This document shows, piece by piece, positions 36,525 to 46,250 of a stretch of DNA of 64,000 nt. The position numbers and the translations under genes were made by a program. Origin of the DNA: an uncultured Gemmatimonadales bacterium (GTDB lineage: Bacteria; Gemmatimonadota; Gemmatimonadetes; Longimicrobiales; Gaopeijiaceae); contig CAWELD010000003.1 of assembly GCA_963809895.1 (NCBI GenBank), positions 544,001 through 608,000 on the forward strand. The letters are read 5' to 3'. Position 1 is the stretch's first letter. The number at the start of each line of letters is the position of its first letter. The notes under the pieces are model-generated. The model saw nothing but the letters and a program-made list of their open reading frames with translations, was not told where the DNA came from and did not search any database.

Positions 36525-37544
36525 ATGAACGGCCGCCGCCTGACTTCCTGGCTCGCCGGCATCCTGCTCGTGTCGGGGTGCGAATCGGTCTCCGTGGAGG
36601 TCGTCCCGGTGGCCCGCGTCGACGTGCAGCCTGGCAGCGCCCAACTCATCGAGGGGGAATCCGTGACGCTTACCGCCGTGGCCCGGTCCGCGGAGGGGAG
36701 CGTCCTCTCCGGGCGAGGTGTGAGTTGGACCAGCGACGCCCCGCTGGTGGCCTCGGTGGACGGGGGCGGGTCCGTTCAGGGGCTCGCGCCGGGTGAGACG
36801 TCCGTCCACGCCCGGGTCGAGGGCATCGACGGCAGCGCGCAGGTCACGGTGCTGGCGGCCCCGACCCTCGAGGTGTCTCGGTCCCTGATCTCTGTGACCG
36901 CGGACGAGGGCGGGAGCGCACCTCAGGAGACGGTGACCGTCTCGAACGGCGGGAGCGGGGACCTCACCGGGCTCACGGCCTCCGTGGCGTACGGCGCCGG
37001 TGCCGCCGTGGGATGGCTGACGGCCGGCCTGTCCAGCACCAGCGCCCCAGCCACCCTCACTCTGGCCGCGTCGGCCGCCGGGCTTTCGGCCGGTGACTAC
37101 GAGGCGACCGTCACGGTGCGCTCTCCACAGCGTGGCGGCCTCGAGGCGACCGTGGGCGTCTCGTTCACGGTAACCACGCCTCCGCCGAGTGTGGTGGTCG
37201 ACCCCGATGCCGTGGGATTGAACGTGTTGGTGGGCACCGTGGGTGACGTCACGCAGACGGTGTCGGTGACGAACGGCGGCGGTGGGGTGCTCGACGGACT
37301 CACCACCGCCATCGAGTACGTCAGCGGCCCCTCTCAGGGATGGCTCACCGCCACCCTCGCCGCGACGGAGGCACCCACGACGCTGGAGCTGCGGGCCTCT
37401 CCGCTCCTCCTGACCGCGGGCACCTACCGGGCGCGGGTCACCGTGAGCTCGCCTGAGGCGCCGGACGCGTCAGGCACGGTCGAGGTCGAGCTCACCGTGG
37501 CCCTCCCCGGCGTGCGTGTGCCGACCGGCGAGGGAGATCGATGA
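36525..37544 (+). CDS. Lipoprotein with Big_2 Ig-like and two BACON-like domains
   Basis: Lipobox LVSGC; VSWTSDAPLVASVD..G.V.GL..G (Big_2); two NGG.G.L.GL...GWL...L repeats. Confidence 0.78.
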   Translation: MNGRRLTSWLAGILLVSGCESVSVEVVPVARVDVQPGSAQLIEGESVTLTAVARSAEGSVLSGRGVSWTSDAPLVASVDGGGSVQGLAPGETSVHARVEGIDGSAQVTVLAAPTLEVSRSLISVTADEGGSAPQETVTVSNGGSGDLTGLTASVAYGAGAAVGWLTAGLSSTSAPATLTLAASAAGLSAGDYEATVTVRSPQRGGLEATVGVSFTVTTPPPSVVVDPDAVGLNVLVGTVGDVTQTVSVTNGGGGVLDGLTTAIEYVSGPSQGWLTATLAATEAPTTLELRASPLLLTAGTYRARVTVSSPEAPDASGTVEVELTVALPGVRVPTGEGDR

Positions 37545-40500
37545 GGGCGCGGTTCGGGATCCGGCCGCTGGCCGCGGTGGGGCTCGCGCTGGCGTTGGGC
37601 GCCACGCTCCTCGTCCAGGCGTGCTCGACCAAGGACGTGGTGGCCGTGGTCATCAGCTCCGTGACGGTGAGCCCGGCGAGCGCCACGTTGATCGTGGGTG
37701 AGACCCAGGACTTCTCGGTCACGGTGCGGGACGAGGACGGCACGGTCGTGCCGGGGACCACCGTGAGCTGGAGCGCCAGCCCCAGCGGCGTTCTATCCAT
37801 CACGCCGGAGGGCCGCGCCGAGGCGCTTCAGCCGGGAGCCGCCACTGTGCGCGCGTCGGTAAACGGCGTGTCGGGGACCGCGGCGGTCACGGTTCAGCCG
37901 CGCCCCAGCATTGCGGTCTCGCCTTCGTCCGTGAGCCTGTTCGCCGCCCGTGGCGGCGCCTCTCCCGATCCGTTGGACGTGCAGATCAGCAACGGCGGAT
38001 CCGGCTCCCTGACGGGTCTGGCGGCGAGCATCAGTTACGCCGCGGGCGAGTCCACCGGTTGGCTTTCCCTGGACCTCTCGGCCACCACGGCCCCGACGAT
38101 CCTGACCATCACGGTGAGCAGCGCGTCGCTGGCGGCGGGAGACTACCACGCTACCGTCTCCATCACATCGGCGGCGGCCAGCAACTCCCCGGTGGAGCTT
38201 CCGGTCGAGCTGTCGGTGACCGAAGACAGCCCGATCATCCGACTGACGCCGGCCAGCGTCGGCTTCGCCGCGGAGAGCGGAGGCGACCCGCCTCCGGACC
38301 AGGTGGTCAAGGTGGCCAACGACGGTGGTGGCACCGTCAGCGGCCTCGCCACCACCATCAGCTACGTGCAGGGTGCGGGTGGATGGTTGGATGCCCAGCT
38401 GTCCAGCACATCGGCGCCGGCCGACCTGGTGCTGTCCGCAGACCCCTCGGGGCTCGCCGAAGGGAGCTACCGAGCCAGCGTCCAGGTCTCCTCGCCGGGG
38501 GCTCTCAACAGCCCGCGTACCGTGACCGTCAGCTTCTCCGTGTCGTCGGAACCCGAAGCCGACCTCTCCGTCACCAAGATCGGCCCGACCTCGGCCGTGG
38601 TCAGCGATACGGTGGACTTCGTGTTGACGGTGAGCAACGGCGGACCCAGGGACGCCACCACCACCCTTCTCATCGACTCCATCCCCGAGGGATTCGACAT
38701 CGTGTCGGCCTCGGGCGGCGGCGTGATCTCCGGACGGGTGGCCATGTGGTCGTTGGGTACGGTAGCCGCCGGCACTTCCGTGGTGGACACGCTCCGGGCC
38801 GTGGCGAAGGCGGTGGGTGCCTGGGTCAATGTGGGATCGGTGGCGTCGGCGACACTGGATCCGGTGACCTCCAACAACCGCAACACGGCCACGGTACAGG
38901 TGCTGCTCCAGACCGCAGGCGTGTCCATCGTCAAGACCGGGCCGTCCGTGGCCAACTTCGGCGACACCATCGAGTACGTGCTGTCCACGGCGAACGCAGG
39001 ACCGGGTCCGGCGGCCAACGTGGTGGTCACCGATTCCCTGCCGGCGGCGGTGGCTGTCGTCTACACGTCGTCGGGTGGCGTGGCGGCTTCGGCTCGCGTG
39101 GTGTGGTCCATGGACACGCTTCAGGCCGGAGCCACGCGGTCTGACACCCTCCGGGTCGAGATCACCGGCACGGGCTCCCTCGAGAACGTGGCCAGGGTGG
39201 CCACCACCAGCCCCGACGTGCTGACGTTGGACAACCGTTCCACGGTGGTGACGTCGGTGGGACGATTGGCGGACCTGGCCATGGCGAAGACCGGGCCCGA
39301 CACCGTGGCCGTGGGTGACACCGTCCGCTACCAGCTGGCCGTGAGCAACACCGGACCCGACTCCGCCACCGGTGTGCAGACGGTGGATTCGCTGCCCGTG
39401 GGGCTCTCTTTCGTGTCGGCGAGCGCCGGCGGTGTCGCCAGCGGTGGCGTCGTGACCTGGTCCGGCCTGGCCGTGGCCCCCGGGGACACCCGGACAGACA
39501 CCGTCGTGGCGGTGGCGACGGCGACGGGCGCGATGATGGATGTGGCGAGGGTCGGTGCGTCCACACCGGATCCCGATAGCACCGACCTGCGCAGCACGTG
39601 GAGCACCGTCGTGAGAGGCGCCGACCTGTCCCTGGCCAAGACGGGGCCGGCTTCGGTGGCCGTGGGCGACACCTTGACCTACGTCCTCACCGTGACAAAC
39701 AGCGGCCCCGATACGGCCGCCGCCGTGGCTCTCACGGACAGCTTGCCCACGGGCGTGACCTTCGTGTCCGCCAGCGGTGGCGGCACCCTCACCGGGACCG
39801 CCGTGACCTGGAGCCTGGGCTCGCTGGCCGGGGCCACCGCCAGTGTGGACACGGTGAAGGTGGTGGCCACGGCGACGGGCGCGAAGACCAACATCGCGCG
39901 CGTGACCAGCACCACGGCGGATCCGGACAGCACCGACCTGCGGGCCGTGGCGGCGACCAACCTCACTGGCGCGGACCTCTCGCTGACCAAGGTGGCTCCG
40001 GCGACGGCGGCCGTGGGCGACACCCTCCTCTACGAGCTGACGGTGACCAACGCGGGGCCCGACGCCGCAGCGGGCGTCGCACTGGTGGACAGTCTGCCCG
40101 GCGGTGTGACGTTCGTGTCCGCCACGGGCGGCGGGACGCCGTCCGGGACGGCGGTGACGTGGGCGCTGGGAGCGATGGCCAGCGGCAGCAGCGTGGTGGA
40201 CACGTTGCGGGTCCTGACCACGGCGGCGGGGTCCACCATGAACGTCGCCAGGGTGTCGAGCTCCACGGCGGACCCCGACTCTCTGGACCGGCGAGCCACC
40301 GCGACCACGGCGGTGGAGGGTGCGGATCTCTCGGTAGCCAAGACCGCGCCCGCCTCGGTGGCGGTGGGCGACACCGTGACCTACGTGGTGACCATTGCCA
40401 ACGCGGGGCCGGACGCCGCCGCCGGGGTGGCCCTCACCGATAGTCTGCCCGCGGGTGTGACCTTCGTGTCGGCCACCAACGGCGGCACACTGGTCGGGAC

Positions 40501-43500
40501 GGCGGTGGGTTGGTCCAAGGGTGCCTTGGCATCCGGAGCGTCCACCGTCGACACGGTCAAGGCGGTCGCCACCATCACGGGAGCCATCGCCAACGTGGCC
40601 CGCGCCTCCAGCGGCACCGCCGATCCGGACACGACGGATCTGCGCGCGACGGCCGCCACCAACGTGGCGGGCGCCGACCTGTCGGTGACCAAGACGGGCC
40701 CGGCCACGGTGGCGGTGGGGGACACCCTCGTGTACGTGATCTCGGTGGCCAACGCGGGACCGTCGGCTGCGGCTACCGTGACGCTCACCGACAGCCTGCC
40801 GGCCGGCGTCACCTACGCGTCGGCGACAGGTGGCGGCACCCTCTCCGGCACGGCCGTGACCTGGGCCAAGGGCAGCCTGGCCAGCGGTTCGGGGACGGTG
40901 GACACGGTGAAGGTCGTGGCGACCACCACGGGGGCGAAGACCAACGTCGCGCGGGTGTCGAGCGCCACCGCCGACCCCGACACCACCGATCTGAGGGCCA
41001 CCGCGTCCACGAATCTCACGGGCGCCGACCTCTCGGTGGCCAAGACCGCGCCGGCCACGGCCTCGGTACTGGACACGCTCTTGTACGTCATCACCACGAC
41101 GAACTCCGGCCCCGACCTGGCGGCTGCGGTCATGCTCGTAGATAGTCTCCCCGCGGGCGTCACCTACGTGTCGGCCACGGGTGGCGGCACGCTTTCGGGC
41201 ACCGCCGTGTCGTGGACGAAGGGCGCCATGCCCAGTGGCACCACCGTCACCGACACGGTGCGGGTGGTGGCGACCACGGCGGGCGTGAAGGCCAACGTGG
41301 CCCGAGTGGCGAGCGTGACCGCCGACCCCGACACGCTGGACCGCCGCGCCACGGCCAGCACCAGCGTCACGGGCGCGGACCTGTCGGTGACGAAATCCGC
41401 CAGCGCGTCGGCGGCGGTCGGCGACACCGTGGTCTACGTGCTGAGCGTGAGCAACGCGGGTCCCGACGCGGCGGTGGGAGTGGTCCTCCGGGACAGCCTG
41501 CCCGCCGGGCTCACGGTAGCCTCGGTCACCAACAGCGGCAGCGTCAGTGGGTCGGTGGTGACCTGGTCCAAGGGACTCCTGGCCAGTGGGGCCAGCACCC
41601 TGGACAGCGTGCGTGCCGTCGCGACCTCGACCGGCACCAAGGTCAATGTGGCCCGCGTATCGAGCTCCACGGCCGATCCCGACTCGACGGACCGGCGCAG
41701 CACGGCGTCGACCACCGTCAGCGGAGCCGATCTGTCCGTGATCAAGATCGCGCCCGGTGCGGTGGGCGTGGGCGACACCATCGCCTATGTCCTGGAGACC
41801 ACGAACGGCGGCCCGGACGCAGCCTCCAGCGTCGTGCTCAGCGACAGTCTGCCGGCGGGCATGACCTTCGTGTCGGCGACGGGGGGCGGGAGCCAGGTGG
41901 GCTCCGCCGTGGTGTGGTCTGTCGGATCGGTGGCCAGCGGCGTGACCCGTACCGACACGCTGAAGGTGGTGGCCGGGGCCACTGGAAACGCCACCAACGT
42001 GGCCCGGGTGTCCAGCCCGACCGCCGACCCGGACTCCACGGATCGCCGTGCCACGGCGGCCACGGCGGTCACGGGCGCAGACCTGTCTCTCACCAAGAGC
42101 GCCTCCGCGTCGGTTCCGCTGGGTGACACCATCCGCTACGTGCTGACCCTGGCCAACAGCGGCCCCGACGCCGCGACCAGCGTCGTGTTGACCGACAGCC
42201 TGCCGGTCGGCGTGACCTTCGTGTCGGCGACCAACGGCGGCACGCTGAGCGGGACGGCGGTGACCTGGAACAAGGGCACGGTAGGCACCGGCGCGGGCAC
42301 GCTGGATACCGTGAGGGTGCTGGCCACGACGACCGGGTCCAAGACCAACATCGCTCGCGTGAGCAGCGCCACGGCCGACCCCGACGCCGCGGATCGCCGC
42401 GCTACCGCGACGACGACGGTCACCGCCGCCGACCTGTCCGTTACCAAGGCGGCCCCCGCCGCCGTCGGCATCGGCGACACGATCCGCTACGTGCTGACCA
42501 TCAGCAACAGCGGACCGAGTGCGGCGAGCGCGGTGGTGCTGACGGACAGCCTGCCGGCAGGCGTGACCTTCGTGTCGGCGACCAACGGCGGCACGCTGAG
42601 TGGGACGGCGGTGACCTGGAACAAGGGCGCGCTGGCCAGCGGGGCCGGCACGCTGGACACGGTGAAGGTGATCGCGAGTAGCGCCGGGACCCCGTCCAAC
42701 GTGGCCCGGGTGAGCAGCCCGACGGCCGATCCGGACACGCTGGACCGCCGGGCCACCGCGTCCACGACGGTGTCCGCCGCCGATCTGTCGGTGACGAAGA
42801 GCGCGACGGCGGCGGTGGGTGTGGGCGACACCATCTACTACGTGCTGACGGTGGCCAACGGAGGGCCAGACGCCGCGACCGGCGTGGTGCTGACGGACAG
42901 CCTGCCGGCGGGCGTGACCTTCGTGTCGGCGACCAACGGCGGCACGCTGAGTGGGACGGCGGTGACCTGGAACAAGGGCGCGCTGGCCAGCGGGGCCGGC
43001 ACGCTGGACACGGTGAAGGTGATCGCGTCCGCCGGGGGGACCCCGTCCAACGTGGCCCGGGTGAGCAGCCCGACGGCCGATCCGGACACGCTGGACCGCC
43101 GGGCCACCGCGTCCACGACGGTGTCCGCCGCCGACCTGTCGGTGACGAAGAGCGCGACGGCGGCCGTGGGTGTGGGCGACACGATCTACTACGTGCTGAC
43201 GGTGGCCAACGGAGGGCCAGACGCCGCGACCGGCGTGGTGCTGACGGACAGCCTGCCGGCGGGCGTGACCTTCGCGTCGGCGACCAACGGCGGCACGCTG
43301 AGCGGTACGGCGGTGACCTGGAACAAGGGCGCGCTGGCCAGCGGGGCCGGCACGCTGGATACGGTGAAGGTGATCGCGTGCAGCCGCGGGGACCCCGTCC
43401 AACGTGGCCCGGGTGAGCAGCCCGACGGCCGATCCGGACACGCTGGACCGCCGGGCCACCGCGTCCACGACGGTGTCCGCCGCCGACCTGTCGGTGACGA

Positions 43501-44676
43501 AGAGCGCGACGGCGGCCGTGGGTGTGGGCGACACGATCTACTACGTGCTGACGGTGGCCAACGGAGGGCCAGACGCCGCGACCGGCGTGGTGCTGACGGA
43601 CAGCCTGCCGGCGGGCGTGACCTTCGCGTCGGCGACCAACGGCGGCACGCTGAGCGGCACGGCGGTGACCTGGAACAAGGGCGCGCTGGCCAGCGGGGCC
43701 GGCACGCTGGATACGGTGAAGGTGATCGCGTCCGCCGGGGGGACCCCGTCCAACGTGGCCCGGGTGAGCAGCCCGACGGCCGATCCGGACACGCTGGACC
43801 GCCGGGCCACCGCGTCGACCACCGTTACGGCCGCCGATCTGTCGGTCACCAAGACCGCATCGGCGGCCACCGTACCGGTGGGTGACACCATGGAGTACGA
43901 AGTCGTGCTCTCCAACGCGGGTCCCGATGCCGCGACCAGCGTGGTGCTGACCGACAGCCTGCCGGCGGACGTGACCTTCGTGTCGGCGACCAACGGCGGC
44001 ACGCTGAGCGGTACGGCGGTGACCTGGAACAAGGGCGACGCTGGCCAGCGGCTCGTCCACGACCGACACGGTGCGGGTCGTGCCGTCGGCGACGGGCTCC
44101 GTGACCAACGTGGCGCGCGTCAGCAGCAGTACGGCGGATCCCGATACGCTGGACTGGCGATCCACCACCACGACCACGGTGACGGGGGCGGACCTCTCCC
44201 TCATCAAGTCGGCCACGGCCTCGGTGGGCGTGGGTGGCACCATCGAGTACGTGCTCACCCTCACCAACAGCGGGCCCGACGACGCCCTGAACGTGGTCGT
44301 CACCGACAGTTTGCCGGCCTCGGTGACCTTCGTGTCCGCGACCAACGGCGGGACGTTGAGCGGCACCGCGGTGACCTGGAACAAGGGCACCGTCGCAAGC
44401 GGGGTCACCATCGAAGACACCGTCATGGTGACCGCCGGCTCCGCGGGCAGTCTCGAGAACATCGCCCGCGTCTCGACCACCACGGCGGATCCCGACTCCA
44501 CCGACCACCGGGCCACGGCCAGTACCTCGGTCGCCCTGCAGCAGGAATCACAGCAGGAGCAGGCTCCGCAGCCGGAGGCCCGGCTCCCCTCGCAGCCCTT
44601 CCCGGGATCCCCGGACCGGCCTGATGTGGTCCGTCCCGCCGAGCCTGCGCAGGCCGCTCGTCGCCCCTCCCGGTGA
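37541..44676 (+). CDS. Giant surface lipoprotein: Big_2 + 2 BACON-like + 17 DUF11 repeats (~2380 aa; frameshifts at ~43380 and ~44038)
   Basis: Lipobox LVQAC; 17 units starting ADLSVTK-like with N.GPD.A..VVLTDSLP.GVTFVSA; ORFs 37541-43885, 43404-44624 and 44071-44676 join into one repeat array after two +1 shifts. Confidence 0.85.
42533..43822 (+). repeat. Near-identical 351-bp (117-aa) DUF11 tandem repeats
   Basis: GACGGACAG recurs at 42541, 42892, 43243 and 43595 (351, 351, 352 bp; the last interval contains the +1 indel). Confidence 0.92.
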
Positions 44677-45335
44677 TCGCGGTGGAGCGGAGTGAGAAGG
44701 AGCGCCAGGACGGCGCGCCGCCGCCGCCGGAGGACTCGCCGTTCCCGCTGGTCTTCGGGGGAGAGGCGGCGCGACCTTCCCTGTGGCGCCGCATCATGGT
44801 GGCGCTGAGAGTCTGGCTTCGTCGCGAGCCCGCCTCACCGAGTGCCCAGGACGTGGCATCGCCGAGCGGTCCCGCGAAACGGCCGCGCCCCGAGCCCTCG
44901 CCCTCCCCGACATCGCCGCCGCCGCCCGCGCCCAGCCCATCCAGCGCGCCGCGTCTGGTGCCGCGCGCGGAGGCCGGCGACGGCGTGCGCCGCGCCACGC
45001 TCCAGCTGCTGCCGGGACGGTTGCAGCCCCTGGATCCGGATCAACTCGCGCAGGAGATCCGGTTCCTGCGCGCGGGGCCCGAGGCGACGGTGGTGACGCT
45101 CGGATGGGATGCGGAGGAGCCACCGTCGCACATCACGCTGGACCATCCGTCCATCCAGGCGCGCCATGCGCGCATGAGCTATCGCGGGGGGCAGTGGGCC
45201 ATCGAGAGCCTCAGTGAATGGGATCCCGTGCAGGTGAACGGGACGCCGCTGCCTCCGGGTGAAGAGCCTCGTGTGCTCTGGTCGGGCGACGAGGTGCGGA
45301 TCGGCGAGGTGACCTTCCGGTTCATGATGTCGTGA
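44673..45335 (+). CDS. FHA-domain protein (degenerate phospho-Thr site) with Pro-rich N-terminus
   Basis: VVTLGW...ITLDHPSIQARHARM...WAIESLSEWDPVQVNG...LWSGDEVRIGEVTFRF FHA pattern; GTGA overlaps. Confidence 0.78.
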   Translation: MIAVERSEKERQDGAPPPPEDSPFPLVFGGEAARPSLWRRIMVALRVWLRREPASPSAQDVASPSGPAKRPRPEPSPSPTSPPPPAPSPSSAPRLVPRAEAGDGVRRATLQLLPGRLQPLDPDQLAQEIRFLRAGPEATVVTLGWDAEEPPSHITLDHPSIQARHARMSYRGGQWAIESLSEWDPVQVNGTPLPPGEEPRVLWSGDEVRIGEVTFRFMMS

Positions 45336-46228
45336 GCGACGCGCGCGGGGCCCTCGAGGTGGGACAGCGCACCGAAACGGGACCGCGCCCGGCGAACCAG
45401 GACGCGGTGCTCGTCGCGGAGCTCGGTGACGGATTGCTGGCAGTGGTGGCCGACGGCATGGGGGGGTTGGAGGCTGGCGAGGTGGCGAGCCGCACCGCCG
45501 TGGAGGCGTTCCGCGACGCCGTGGCCGCCGGCAGGCCGCTCCGGGCGGCGGTTCAGGACGCCAACCGCGCGGTCCTGGAGGTCGCGGGAGATTCCCGGGT
45601 GGGCACCACGCTGGTGGCGGCCTTCGTCAAAGACGGCCAGGCCCACGTCGTCCACGTAGGCGACAGCCGAGCCTACCACCTGGGTACGGTAGGGCTCACC
45701 CAGCTCACGCGGGACCACACCATGGCGGCGGAGGCCGCCCGGGCGGCGGGAGAGGCCGGGAGCCTGGCGGAGCGGGAGGTGGCAGCCTCGCGCTGGGGTG
45801 GCACGCTCACGCGGTCGCTGGGTGAGGGGCCGGACGTGCAGGTGGACGAGGTCGGCCCGGTCGGGCTCCGCCCCACAGAGATGATTCTCCTGACCAGTGA
45901 CGGAGTCCACGGCGTGCTGTCGGCCCGGGAGATGGAAGACATCCTGAACGCGGGTGGCGCACCGGCGGAGGTCGTGGACGCGCTGGTGACGACCGCGCTG
46001 GAGCGGGGCAGCAGCGACAATCTGTCCGCCGTCCTGATCGCGTCCGGCGAGGCGCGAGCGACGGCGCACGAGAGGCCCACGCGCAAGCGCACCCCCTGGG
46101 ATCCCGTTCGTCTCGTGGAGCTCTCGCACAACGAGGCCCGCAAGCGCGCGTGGGTCGGCCCGGGGATCCTCGTGTGGGTGGTGGTGGTAGCCGTAGTCCT
46201 GTTCGTCCTGCTCCTGCTCCTCGGATGA
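45332..46228 (+). CDS. PP2C/PPM family Ser/Thr phosphatase with C-terminal TM helix
   Basis: RPANQD, VADGMGG, GTT, HVGDSRAY, DHT, LTRSLG, TSDG, DNLS. Confidence 0.92.
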   Translation: MSDARGALEVGQRTETGPRPANQDAVLVAELGDGLLAVVADGMGGLEAGEVASRTAVEAFRDAVAAGRPLRAAVQDANRAVLEVAGDSRVGTTLVAAFVKDGQAHVVHVGDSRAYHLGTVGLTQLTRDHTMAAEAARAAGEAGSLAEREVAASRWGGTLTRSLGEGPDVQVDEVGPVGLRPTEMILLTSDGVHGVLSAREMEDILNAGGAPAEVVDALVTTALERGSSDNLSAVLIASGEARATAHERPTRKRTPWDPVRLVELSHNEARKRAWVGPGILVWVVVVAVVLFVLLLLLG

Positions 46229-46250
46229 GCGCTTGCCGCGCGGTGGGTCC

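Noticed and set aside
28455..43822. Near-identical repeats as a CRISPR array or DGR template/variable repeats
   Set aside because: Units are 222-351 bp in-frame coding repeats without unique spacers or adenine-specific variation; no cas or reverse transcriptase gene is present.
38467..44032. Series of ~114-aa minus-strand ORFs (MSPTAT...) and the 1913-aa antisense ORF
   Set aside because: Antisense shadows of the DUF11 repeat array; their periodicity mirrors the 351-bp unit.
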